The notes: generated from the letters alone by a model not told the origin. DNA of 64,000 bases from Candidatus Forterrea multitransposorum CG_2015-17_Forterrea_25_41 (GCA_009392915.1 CP045477.1:1-64000), one strand, 5' to 3'. Numbered from the stretch's first letter, positions 20,639 through 30,137 are shown. A program made the numbers and translations.

Positions 20639-20803
20639 AATAAATATATTTGTTTTTTAGTGGAAAAATAATTTATGGTCCAAAAGGAATTCAGTGGATT
20701 TATAAACCTCCATTATATCTAAAGGACATAAAAAAAAGTACTTTGGAGATTTAACTTAAAATCTAAATAATATAATAAATTGAATTGATATAAATAAAAA
20801 GGA

Positions 20804-21088
20804 GTGATGAAAAATATGAAAAAAGAAGTTTTAGAAAAACTAAATATATTATTAACTAGTGCTTTTGGTTTAGTTGCTGCTCTTGCATGGAATGATGCTA
20901 TTAAAGCTTTGTTCGTTGCTATTTTTGGACAAGCTGGAACAATAATTGCAATGTTTTTATATGCTATAGTGGTTACAATAATAGTTGTTTGGGTTACAAT
21001 GAGACTTTCTATTTTTTCTGAAAAAACTGGTGACTTAGCAAATAAAGTTGTAAGTACTGCTAAAAAACCTTTAAAGAAAAAGAAGTAA
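20804..21088 (+). CDS. Small membrane protein
   Basis: Two predicted TM helices, lysine-rich C-terminus; GGAG RBS upstream. Confidence 0.3.
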   Translation: MMKNMKKEVLEKLNILLTSAFGLVAALAWNDAIKALFVAIFGQAGTIIAMFLYAIVVTIIVVWVTMRLSIFSEKTGDLANKVVSTAKKPLKKKK

Positions 21089-21126
21089 CTTATTTTTTAA
21101 AAAAAGTGAAAAAGTAAAGAAAAATT

Positions 21127-23268
21127 TTATTCTTTCTTTATTTTTTCATTTATTGTTTTTTCTTGATATTCAATTTTTAATTCTTTTAAAGTATCAAGTC
21201 CAAATTTTCCAACTAAATTAATAAATTTGTCAGTATTATTTTTAATATCGTTAGCGCTCTTTATACCATTATTAAAAAGTCTTCTAGCTCTTACTCTTCC
21301 AATATTTCTAAGTTCAACTAATGGAACAAGTTCTTGTTTAATACCATACTTAATCCTAGAAAGAAGATTTGAATATTCTTTTATAGTTATAATACTTGAT
21401 TTAGTGTGTTTTAAAAGTTCAATTGTAGAGTGACAGATCCATTCTGCTCTTGATATTAAATCTCTTATTTGTCCTGGTGTGGTATTATACTCATCAATAA
21501 TGTAGTTTTCTTCTTTTTCTTCAATCCAGTCAGCTATAAGTTTTGTTAAATATATTTTTTGTAAAAGATAAATATCTTCATAATCAAAGAAAATATTAGG
21601 TCTAATTTCTTCAAAGATTGTAAATATATTATTTTCTTTTTCTTGTTTATATTTTAAATATGGATACATTTCAGATGTGTTTGAAATAGTAAATATTTTT
21701 TCCATAATTTTAGTATCTTTATTTTTTTTAATCTCAAGATCTTTTAAAATATTATTTGCAGATAATGGATCAATGTATAAATAACATACTTTTTTACCAA
21801 GAGAAGTTATTAAAAAATCATTTTCATTTTTCTCTAAAAAACCATATTCATAGAATTCATAGACAATATCTTGTATATTTTTTCTAATTTCATGATTATC
21901 TCCATATGTGAAATAGTAAAATGTTTTTGATAAATAATTAATAAGTTCTTCTATACTTTTTAGTTCATTAACTAAAATCATAGAAAGCAAATGTCCTCTA
22001 AGAATATTTATTTTAGAAAGTTGAGAATCTATATTGGAAGGACCAGAAATAATATATGTGTTGTATATCTTTGGAATATCACTTTCTTTATTTACAACAC
22101 AAATAGCTTCTCCTTTTTTATCATATTTAGGTCTTCCTGCTCTTCCTGCCATTTGTTGAAATTCATTAACCGGTATTGGAACCATTGATCCTTCTGAAAA
22201 TCTAAACACACTATTAATAACAACTCTATATGCAGGTAAATTAATTCCTGCTGCAAGAGTTGGTGTTGCAAAAATTGCTTTAATATTTCCTTTTTTAAAA
22301 TTATTTTCAACAATTTCTCTTTGTTTATAAACAAGTCCTGCATGATGGAAAGCAGACCCCATTAAAAGAGAAAGAGAAAGTTCTTCACATTGTTTTGTAG
22401 GATTTTCTAAGGCTTCAAGAGCTTCTTTTGAAATTTGTCTTAGTTTTTTATATTCTTCTGGATTTATATGGGTTGATATTATTTTTCCATATTTTTTAGC
22501 AAACGACATTGCATTTTTTCTAGATGCACAAAAAACAATAATTTGTTTTTCTTTTTTTAAAGTGTCTCTAATGATTGATCCTAAATTAATGTTTTTAACT
22601 GCAAGAGAAGTTAAATCTTCTTTTCTATCTTCAAAATAAATAGAGTCGTTATAAAAAACCCCAGTCTCTAAAGGAACTGGCCTATAATTACTTAAAACTA
22701 GTTTTGCAGAAAGCCAATCAGATATTTCTTTTGAATTTTTAATAGTTGCAGATAAACCTAAAAGAGTAATTTCCTTGTAGTTATGTTTTAGTTGTGTTAT
22801 TATTACTTCTAAGGTAGATCCTCTGTTTGATCCAAGTTCATGTATCTCATCAATGGTTAAAAGTCCAACTTGTTTAAGCCAGGATGGCTCATGTCTTATG
22901 ATTGAATCAAATTTTTCGTATGTTAAAAATAAAACATCATAACTTTCAAGATATTTATTACTTGAATCAAGATCTCCTGTTGAGAGTGCTATTTTTACAT
23001 CAAGTTCTTTTGCAAACTTTCTTTTAGTTTCAAGATAATGTTCTGTAGTTAATGCTTTTAAAGGAGATATATATATTACTTTTTTTTTCTTATTTAAAAG
23101 ACAATCAAGCATATACATTTCAAAGACTGTTGTTTTACCTGAAGCAGTAGGTGTTGTTATGAGTGTATTTTCTCCTATGTTTTCTTTTGCTAAGATTTGC
23201 ATAGGGTTAAGTTTATCATAACCGTTAATCTTTAAGATTTTTTGAATAATTTCTTCTTTTGAATGCAT
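21127..23268 (-). CDS. hel308: Ski2-like DNA helicase Hel308/Hjm
   Basis: Walker A PTASGKT, DEIH box (TIDEIHEL), helicase C motifs (QMAGRAGR), C-terminal winged-helix/HhH region; 713 aa. Confidence 0.8.
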   Translation of the reverse strand: MHSKEEIIQKILKINGYDKLNPMQILAKENIGENTLITTPTASGKTTVFEMYMLDCLLNKKKKVIYISPLKALTTEHYLETKRKFAKELDVKIALSTGDLDSSNKYLESYDVLFLTYEKFDSIIRHEPSWLKQVGLLTIDEIHELGSNRGSTLEVIITQLKHNYKEITLLGLSATIKNSKEISDWLSAKLVLSNYRPVPLETGVFYNDSIYFEDRKEDLTSLAVKNINLGSIIRDTLKKEKQIIVFCASRKNAMSFAKKYGKIISTHINPEEYKKLRQISKEALEALENPTKQCEELSLSLLMGSAFHHAGLVYKQREIVENNFKKGNIKAIFATPTLAAGINLPAYRVVINSVFRFSEGSMVPIPVNEFQQMAGRAGRPKYDKKGEAICVVNKESDIPKIYNTYIISGPSNIDSQLSKINILRGHLLSMILVNELKSIEELINYLSKTFYYFTYGDNHEIRKNIQDIVYEFYEYGFLEKNENDFLITSLGKKVCYLYIDPLSANNILKDLEIKKNKDTKIMEKIFTISNTSEMYPYLKYKQEKENNIFTIFEEIRPNIFFDYEDIYLLQKIYLTKLIADWIEEKEENYIIDEYNTTPGQIRDLISRAEWICHSTIELLKHTKSSIITIKEYSNLLSRIKYGIKQELVPLVELRNIGRVRARRLFNNGIKSANDIKNNTDKFINLVGKFGLDTLKELKIEYQEKTINEKIKKE

Positions 23269-23405
23269 ATTTATTTTTTTAAAAAATTTATTTTTCTGTT
23301 TATATATTATTTTTTTCTTTCTATATATTATTATAAAGAAGATAATATAATACCTCTTTTTATTAATTAATTACTTTTAAAAAGATTATTATAAATAATA
23401 TATTT

Positions 23406-23609
23406 ATGGATATAAATAATAAATTATCTAAAAATCTAAAGTTAGCTTTTAAAGCATATGAAACAAGAAGTATTTCTTTATCAGAGGCAGCAGACATCGC
23501 TGGTATTTCATATAAGGATTTTTTAGATAAAATGGCTGTAAATAATGTTAAGTTTGATTTTTCAAGTATTGGAAAAGATGTGAACTATTTTGTTAAGAAA
23601 ACTAAGTAG
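23406..23609 (+). CDS. UPF0175-family small protein (antitoxin-like), orphan
   Basis: 67 aa; LAFKAYETRSISLSEAADIAGISYKDFLDKM resembles UPF0175; no DUF3368/PIN partner adjacent. Confidence 0.35.
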   Translation: MDINNKLSKNLKLAFKAYETRSISLSEAADIAGISYKDFLDKMAVNNVKFDFSSIGKDVNYFVKKTK

Positions 23610-23622
23610 TTTAATCTTTTTT

Positions 23623-24739
23623 TATAATTGTGTTGCATAACTCTTTTTAAAAGTATTGTCTAACCTATTTTATTACTAGATAAAGGAGGTTAGACAATAT
23701 GAATATTAAGAACGAAAAGATTAATAAAAGGAACTGGTCAAAGATAAATTATGGAAAAACAAGACAAATCTTGTTTTTACTAGATAAAAACATTATTTTT
23801 AGTGAAAATGAAAGACTAGTTTCCCAAAATAAAAACAAACCAGGAAGACAATTTATATATAGTGATAGAATAATAGAACTATTAATTGATCTTAAAAATT
23901 ATTTTAAATTTGATTATCGTAAACTACAGGCATTCTGCCTGTTGTTTAATAATGTTATAAAAATAAAAACACCTGACTTTACAACTATTTGTAGAAGAAT
24001 GCACAAATTAGAATTATTTCTAAAAAATATAAAAACAAAAAAAGAACCAACCTTTATAGCTATAGATGGTTCTGGACTTCAAACTACTAATCGAGGAGAA
24101 TGGCTTAGATTAATACACAAAAAAGGAAAAATAAACTTAAGAAATGGATTTGTAAAATTAGTGATTGCAACAGATGTTGCATCTGGAGAAATAACTGGAG
24201 TGTATATTTCAGATGATTCTGATTTTGAAAATAAAAGCTTATCAGATTTATTATACCAAACAATAAATAATCAAAACCAAGAAGTCAAAGGACTTCTTGG
24301 AGATGGGGCATACGATTCTTATGATAACTTTGATATGCTTGATGATATGGGAATAAAACCAATTATCAAAATCAGAAAGAATGCAATTACAACAGAACCT
24401 AATGACGATTATTTAAAAAGAAGAAGAAAACTTGGAAAAAAGAAAAAAATAAAAAGAATTGAAGTTGCAAAAAAGCAACTTAAAAATGTAGATGACTGGA
24501 AACAAAAAAATGAGTATAATAAAAGGTGGGTTGTTGAATACACGTTTAGTGTATTCAAAAGACTATTCGGACATAGTGTGTACTCTAAAAGAAAGAAATA
24601 TGTCAAAAATGAAGTAATTTCTAAAGTAAATTTGTATAATAAATTATTAAATATCAATTAAGAAAAAAATAAAATGAATTAAAAAAAGAAATAAGCTAAA
24701 AATATTGTGTAAAACACAATATTTGTGCAACACAATTTT
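23623..24739 (+). mobile_element. IS5-family-like insertion sequence with ~17-bp imperfect terminal inverted repeats
   Basis: Left end ATAATTGTGTTGCATAA (23623-23639) and right end TTGTGCAACACAATTTT (24723-24739) are reverse complements, with a 12/12 core AATTGTGTTGCA (23626-23637) / TGCAACACAATT (24726-24737); single transposase ORF inside. Confidence 0.6.
23699..24661 (+). CDS. DDE transposase, IS5-like (DDE_Tnp_1 type)
   Basis: IAIDGSGL (D), LLGDGAYDS (D), C-terminal VVEYTFSVFKRLFG (E...K) typical of IS5/IS4-type transposases; 320 aa. Confidence 0.75.
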   Translation: MNIKNEKINKRNWSKINYGKTRQILFLLDKNIIFSENERLVSQNKNKPGRQFIYSDRIIELLIDLKNYFKFDYRKLQAFCLLFNNVIKIKTPDFTTICRRMHKLELFLKNIKTKKEPTFIAIDGSGLQTTNRGEWLRLIHKKGKINLRNGFVKLVIATDVASGEITGVYISDDSDFENKSLSDLLYQTINNQNQEVKGLLGDGAYDSYDNFDMLDDMGIKPIIKIRKNAITTEPNDDYLKRRRKLGKKKKIKRIEVAKKQLKNVDDWKQKNEYNKRWVVEYTFSVFKRLFGHSVYSKRKKYVKNEVISKVNLYNKLLNIN

Positions 24740-24818
24740 TTTTATCTTTTTTAGTTACATTTATAAATATAATCTTCTTTAATATTAGTACCTTATATAT
24801 ATTATACTCAGATCATTT

Positions 24819-26192
24819 ATGGCTATAGACAAAAGATTTTTTTTAGGGATAACTATTAGTAAAAAAAGAAAAGCAATTTCTCCTTTAATTGCCACTATTC
24901 TTTTAATAGTTGTTGCCGTTGCAATTATAGCTATTATTGTTTCCTGGGGAAAAGGATTTACCAATGATTCTTTAAGCAAAGCCTCTGGTCTTGAAATTTA
25001 CACTGAATCAGAAACTTCTTTTTACTTGCAAGTAAAAAATTCAATAAACGGAAGAACTGTTGTTCAATATAATCCTCCTTATAATTCTCCTCACACCTCT
25101 TTAACCATAACAGGTTATAGCCTACATGGTAACACGAATATTAATCCCATAGATCCACCAATTACAATAACTGCAAACCAAACTGCAGTTATTGATCATG
25201 GTATTTTATTTCCAGAATTAAATTTAGTTTTATATTTGGATAATGATCGAATGATTATTAAAACTGATCTTTTACAAACTATTAAATCTCCTCTTTCTTG
25301 TCCAGAAGGTTATGTTTCTGTTCCAGGAAACCACTTATATGGAACTATGAATGAAAGTGGGGGTTTTTGTGTTTCAAAATATGAGATGAAAATGGATAGA
25401 ACAGGAGATGGAATAGGAAATCTTGTAGCTGATTATCCTGATTGTAACACCGGTTCTTTAACATATAATACTTATAGTTATGAATTATGCCCTACACCAG
25501 GCACTTTAGTTTCTACTCCAGAAGGTTCTCCCATAGCAAGAATCACACAAACTGAAAGCATATCAGCCTGTGAAGCTATTGGTGGTCATTTAATAACAAA
25601 TAACGAATGGATGACCATTGTACGAAACATAGAACAAGTTCCATCTAATTGGTCAGGTGGAGCAGTTGGTGATGGCTACCTTCCAAGAGGGAATTCATCT
25701 TCTTCAGGAGCTATGGAAGGCTTTGATCAACTTTCAGGAACTACCAAAAGAACCTTGACCTTAACAAACGGAGAGGTAATTTGGGATTTAGCAGGAAATG
25801 TAAGACAATGGACCAGTGACACTATTCAAAGAAAGGACCAGCCTGATGGTTTTAATAATGTAGATGATAGTAATAATACTTCTGGTTTTAATTGGTTTGA
25901 TTATTTTAAGGGCGGTGGAGTAGATCAATATATTTATTCTGATAATTTAGGTAACACCACCTTAAAGTATAAAGATTTATTTTTATTAACTAGTAATACT
26001 TATAATGCAACAGATAATGGTGTTGGAAGGATTTATACTTATAGTGATTTTAGTGATACTAGTACAACTGAGTACGCGTTTTTGCGCGGTGGTCACTGGG
26101 GCAATGGCACTAATGCCGGGGTCTTGCACCTGGTCTTGAACAAGACTCCTGGGTCCCGGAGCATCCTCATCGGCCTGCGCTGTGTCAAGTAG
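24819..26192 (+). CDS. DGR target: pilin-like (class III signal peptide) surface protein with C-terminal FGE/C-type-lectin-fold variable region
   Basis: N-terminus KAISPLIATILLIVVAVAIIAII (archaeal pilin-like); C-terminus YAFLRGGHWGNG...LIGLRCVK resembles the FGE-sulfatase/CLec fold used by DGR variable proteins; its last ~120 nt form a GC-rich VR matching the TR. Confidence 0.75.
   Translation: MAIDKRFFLGITISKKRKAISPLIATILLIVVAVAIIAIIVSWGKGFTNDSLSKASGLEIYTESETSFYLQVKNSINGRTVVQYNPPYNSPHTSLTITGYSLHGNTNINPIDPPITITANQTAVIDHGILFPELNLVLYLDNDRMIIKTDLLQTIKSPLSCPEGYVSVPGNHLYGTMNESGGFCVSKYEMKMDRTGDGIGNLVADYPDCNTGSLTYNTYSYELCPTPGTLVSTPEGSPIARITQTESISACEAIGGHLITNNEWMTIVRNIEQVPSNWSGGAVGDGYLPRGNSSSSGAMEGFDQLSGTTKRTLTLTNGEVIWDLAGNVRQWTSDTIQRKDQPDGFNNVDDSNNTSGFNWFDYFKGGGVDQYIYSDNLGNTTLKYKDLFLLTSNTYNATDNGVGRIYTYSDFSDTSTTEYAFLRGGHWGNGTNAGVLHLVLNKTPGSRSILIGLRCVK
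26072..26192 (+). repeat. DGR variable repeat (VR), 3' end of the target gene
   Basis: ~55% GC in a ~25% GC genome; near-identical to 27297-27417 with 13 mismatches, 12 of them at template adenines; identical 3' 24 nt CATCGGCCTGCGCTGTGTCAAGTAG (IMH-like). Confidence 0.8.
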
Positions 26193-26498
26193 TTTTTAGA
26201 AAAAATATATTTCATCCCCAAACCATGTATTTAGACGGGTGAGACGGCAAGACGGCCAGACGGAAGAAGCCATGGCAACCTAAACGTTTCAAGATTGTTT
26301 TTGCAAAAAAATGAAAAAACGTATTTGTGAAGTTTTAAAAAAAAGAAATGAGTGTGATTTTTGCAAATTTTTTTGATTTTTTTCAAAAAAATTTGCTAGC
26401 CGTTAAACCAAATGGTTTTTTAATGTAAAAATAATTTTTATAATAATTAAGTTTTAAAGAAAAAATACTTTATATCTTGGACAAACAATGTGATTTAA

Positions 26499-26885
26499 AT
26501 GAGTTTAGTTGGAAATGAAAAAGGAATTCTAAATTTTGGTGTTTACAAGGAGCTTTTCCCAATCGTTATTGAAACTTATAATTTTTTAGAAAATAATAAA
26601 TCTTTATTTAAAGTAGATTTTGTTTATACAGATACTGTTAAAAATTTAATAGATATTCTTTCTTTTCTTTCCAAAGGGTATAATAAATTTCATTCTAATG
26701 AAAAATCTTTACTTTACTCTTATTCAAGAGATTGTGTTTCTACAACCCAATCTAATCTTTTAATATTATCTGAACTTAATAAAGATCTCTCAAAAGAAAA
26801 AACCTTATATTTTTATAATCAATTTGAGGATAAAATAAAGTATTTTAATGGTTTAATAAAAAAGATTGAAGAAAATAAAAACTAG
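26499..26885 (+). CDS. Hypothetical protein inside the DGR cassette
   Basis: 128-aa ORF between the target gene and avd; no recognisable motif. Confidence 0.3.
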   Translation: MSLVGNEKGILNFGVYKELFPIVIETYNFLENNKSLFKVDFVYTDTVKNLIDILSFLSKGYNKFHSNEKSLLYSYSRDCVSTTQSNLLILSELNKDLSKEKTLYFYNQFEDKIKYFNGLIKKIEENKN

Positions 26886-26896
26886 GGTATATTATT

Positions 26897-27226
26897 ATGT
26901 TATTTGACTTAAAGTTATATAAAGAAACTTATAACTTTTTACTTTATATTTATCCTGAAATAAATAAATTCCCTAAATCAGATAAATATTCTTTAGGAGA
27001 GGATATTAAAAAAACAACTATTTCTTTAATGTCAAATATTGTTCTTTTTTCAAAGCATAATGAAAATACTTTAAAAGAAGCAGATAAAAACTTAGAATTA
27101 CTAAGAATATATATTAGGCTTTCTTTTGATTTAAAAATAATCTCTTTTAAAAAATATGAGGTTATTTCAAGGCAATTAAATGATATTGGTAATTTATTAG
27201 GTGGTCTTTTAAAACAAAAGATTTAA
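26897..27226 (+). CDS. avd: Accessory variability determinant (Avd)-like four-helix-bundle protein
   Basis: 109 aa, predicted all-helical, basic; sits immediately upstream of TR and RT (canonical avd-TR-RT order). Confidence 0.55.
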   Translation: MLFDLKLYKETYNFLLYIYPEINKFPKSDKYSLGEDIKKTTISLMSNIVLFSKHNENTLKEADKNLELLRIYIRLSFDLKIISFKKYEVISRQLNDIGNLLGGLLKQKI

Positions 27227-27296
27227 ATATTTTTTCAACTAATAGTTATGTTGTTCTTTTAAATAAAAAGAATAGGGCTTTTACAGAAAAAAACAG

Positions 27297-27417
27297 GTGC
27301 GCGTTTTTGCGCGGTGGTAACTGGAACAATGGCACTAATGCCGGGGTCTTGAACCTGAACTTGAACAATACTCCTGGGAACCGGAACAACAACATCGGCC
27401 TGCGCTGTGTCAAGTAG
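27297..27417 (+). repeat. DGR template repeat (TR)
   Basis: GC-rich noncoding copy of the VR containing AAC/AAT codons (would encode N-rich ...NWNNGTNAGVLNLNLNNTPGNRNNNIGLRCVK); located between avd and the RT. Confidence 0.8.
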
Positions 27418-27678
27418 TTTCTCCTTATTATTTTTAATAATAAGGTTTTATCAGAGTTTGTATGTTTATTTTTTTATCTAAAAAAACATATAAAGCGAAT
27501 ATTTTAAAAAACTACATCTGTAAAATGTTTCCTGATTGCACATAATGTGTGCCATAAGAACTATTTTGTTTTTATGTTAAAAAATCAAATATAAAGATAA
27601 GTTATTACATTTAGTATTTTTATAGTCTGTAAAAAGAAATCTGTAATAACTCTTAACTTTAAATAAGGCTTTTTAAAA

Positions 27679-28695
27679 ATGAAATCATACAATAACCTTT
27701 GGCAAGAATTCACTTCTTTTAAAAATATTTTTAATGCCTATAAAAAAGCAAGAAAGTCCACACCAAACAAAAAGTATATCTTGCAATTTACCACAAATTT
27801 AGAAAAGGAGTTATTCTTATTACAAGATCAATTAATTTCAGAAAATTTTCAATTTTCTCCTTACAGAAGTTTTAAAGTTTATGAACCTAAAGAAAGAACA
27901 ATAAGTGCACCTATTTTCAGGGATGTTGTTGTTCAGCATGCCATAATAAACATTATTGAACCTATTTTTGATAAAACCTTTATAGATAACTCTTTTGCTT
28001 GTAGAAAAGGAAAAGGCACACATAAAGGGCTTTTTGAAATTAAAAAAGTAATTCAAACCCCAAATCATCCAAAATACTATTTAAAACAAGATGTAAAGAA
28101 ATACTTTCCTTCAGTTCATAAACCTACCTTAAAAGAAATAATTTTTAAAAGAATTAAGGATGCAAGATTACTTTCTCTAATATATAAAATAATTGATAGT
28201 TATTCTTTTGATTTAAATCAAATTCAAAAAGGTATCCCTATAGGTAATTTAACCTCTCAGTTGTTTGCAAATATTTATTTAAACCATTTAGATCAGTATG
28301 TTAAGCATTCTTTAAAAATTAAACATTATTATAGATATGTAGATGATTTTTTAATATTTTCAAACAATAAAAGAAAATTACATGTTTTTAGAAGAAAAAT
28401 AAAATTATTTTTAAGTAAAGAACTATTATTAGATGTTCCAAAAAATAAAACTTATATAAACTTAGTAAGTAAAGGAGTTGATTTTTTAGGTTATAAGGTA
28501 TTTCCTTCAAACATAAGATTAAGAAAATCAAATCTTAAAAGATTTCTTCTAAGACAAAATAAAAATAACTTTCTTCTAAAAAAAAATCAAATTTCTAAAC
28601 TTAACTATAATTTTTCTCTTTTTTCTTTTTTAGGTTATGCAAAGCATGCAAACTCTTATAATCTCTTAAGTACTTTAAATATTAATGAGTTATAG
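27679..28695 (+). CDS. DGR-type reverse transcriptase
   Basis: RT motifs: ISAPIFRDVVVQHAI, IGNLTSQLFANIYL (the DGR-specific SQ variant of QGxxxSP), YYRYVDDF (YxDD catalytic motif); 338 aa. Confidence 0.85.
   Translation: MKSYNNLWQEFTSFKNIFNAYKKARKSTPNKKYILQFTTNLEKELFLLQDQLISENFQFSPYRSFKVYEPKERTISAPIFRDVVVQHAIINIIEPIFDKTFIDNSFACRKGKGTHKGLFEIKKVIQTPNHPKYYLKQDVKKYFPSVHKPTLKEIIFKRIKDARLLSLIYKIIDSYSFDLNQIQKGIPIGNLTSQLFANIYLNHLDQYVKHSLKIKHYYRYVDDFLIFSNNKRKLHVFRRKIKLFLSKELLLDVPKNKTYINLVSKGVDFLGYKVFPSNIRLRKSNLKRFLLRQNKNNFLLKKNQISKLNYNFSLFSFLGYAKHANSYNLLSTLNINEL
28589..28687 (+). repeat. 99-bp direct repeat, copy 1 (3' end of the RT gene)
   Basis: Identical to 30138-30236. Confidence 0.85.
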
Positions 28696-28838
28696 TTTAT
28701 TTTTATTATGGGCACTTGAGCGTCTATTTTAAACTTAAATTATAATCTTTTACTAACGCACTATACCTTAATTATAATCTTCTATCAAAAGACTATATTT
28801 AAAAATGTTTTTATTATATATTATATTAGTGATAAAAT

Positions 28839-30104
28839 ATGGATAAAGCTTTTTTAAGAAACGTTGTTTCTGACCAGTATGAAGATTTAAAAGATGTTTC
28901 AAAAACAATACAAAGATATGATTCAAAAGAAATAGCGCGCTTTGTAAATAATCCTGCTATATCTATAATTTCAGGAGTAAGGCGTTGTGGTAAGTCCACT
29001 TTTTTAGAGCAGATAATAAATTTATATTATAAAAATAACTTTTATTATTTTGATTTTTCTGATGAAAGAATTGCAAAATTTGAAACTGCTGACTTTCAAA
29101 CATTATATGAGGTGTTTTTAGAAAAATTTGGAAAAAGACAGGCTTTTTTCTTTGATGAAATACAAGGAGTTCCAGAATGGAATAAATTTGTTAATAGAAT
29201 GAAAAAGATTGGGCATAAATGTTTTGTAACCGGTTCAAATTCAAATTTGTTAAGTCAAGAAATATCTACTTATCTAACAGGAAGACATATTGATAAAATC
29301 TTATTCCCTTTTTCCTTTAAAGAATATTTAACGTATAAAAATATTAATGTAGATTTAGATTCTACAAAATCAAGAACCTTAATTATTAAAGAGTTTAAAA
29401 ATTACTTTAAAATAGGTGGTTTTCCAGAGGTTGTTTTAACAAACGATACTTCAATTTTATTAAATATTTATTCTGACATAATTTCTAAAGATATAATTGA
29501 AAGATTTAGGATTAATGATGTTTCTTTATTTAAAGAATTTTGTAATTATGTAATTTCTTTATCTACGAATGAATTTACTTTTAAATCATTAAAAGATAAT
29601 TTTAATATTCAGAATATTACTACTGTTTCAAACTATCTTGATTATCTTAAATTAACTTACCTTGTTTATGAAGTTAAAAGATTTTCTTCTTCATTACAAA
29701 AATTAAATAAATATCCAAAAAAATATTATTGTATAGATAATGGTTTATTAAATAAAGTGGGTTTTGGATATTCAATAGAGGAAACTAGATTTTTAGAAAA
29801 TCAAGTTTTTATTGAACTTTGGAGAAATAATCCGCAATCTGAAATTTATTATTATAGAGATAAGGATAATAAAGAATGTGATTTTTTATTGTTAAATGAT
29901 AGAAAAGTAGTTAAGGCTATTCAAGTGTGTTTTGCTTTTAAAAAGATAGATACTAGAAAAAGAGAAATAGAAGGTTTACTATCTGCTTTAAAAGAGTTTA
30001 ATCTAAATTATGGCGAAATTATTACTTTTGAGCATAAAGAAAAATTAAAGATAGATGGAAAAGTAATAGAGATGATTCCTGTATATGAGTGGTTATTAAA
30101 ATAA
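28839..30104 (+). CDS. AAA+ ATPase of the COG1373 / DUF4143 family
   Basis: Walker A SGVRRCGKST, Walker B FFFDEIQ, C-terminal DUF4143-like region; 421 aa. Confidence 0.65.
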   Translation: MDKAFLRNVVSDQYEDLKDVSKTIQRYDSKEIARFVNNPAISIISGVRRCGKSTFLEQIINLYYKNNFYYFDFSDERIAKFETADFQTLYEVFLEKFGKRQAFFFDEIQGVPEWNKFVNRMKKIGHKCFVTGSNSNLLSQEISTYLTGRHIDKILFPFSFKEYLTYKNINVDLDSTKSRTLIIKEFKNYFKIGGFPEVVLTNDTSILLNIYSDIISKDIIERFRINDVSLFKEFCNYVISLSTNEFTFKSLKDNFNIQNITTVSNYLDYLKLTYLVYEVKRFSSSLQKLNKYPKKYYCIDNGLLNKVGFGYSIEETRFLENQVFIELWRNNPQSEIYYYRDKDNKECDFLLLNDRKVVKAIQVCFAFKKIDTRKREIEGLLSALKEFNLNYGEIITFEHKEKLKIDGKVIEMIPVYEWLLK

Positions 30105-30137
30105 TTTTTTTTAATTTTAAAAAAGGCTTTACCTTTA

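Noticed and set aside
21227-22343. Small ORFs (21227-21433, 21991-22188, 22092-22343) inside hel308
   Set aside because: Located within the helicase gene, either antisense or in another frame; no motifs; spurious.
24409-24657. 82-aa minus-strand ORF inside the transposase gene
   Set aside because: Antisense to the DDE transposase C-terminus; Phe/Leu-rich artefact.
26072-27417. GC-rich segments as possible rRNA/tRNA fragments or horizontally acquired foreign DNA
   Set aside because: The two GC-rich blocks are near-identical to each other with adenine-specific differences. One is in-frame at a gene's 3' end and the other lies next to an RT. The VR/TR explanation accounts for them fully.
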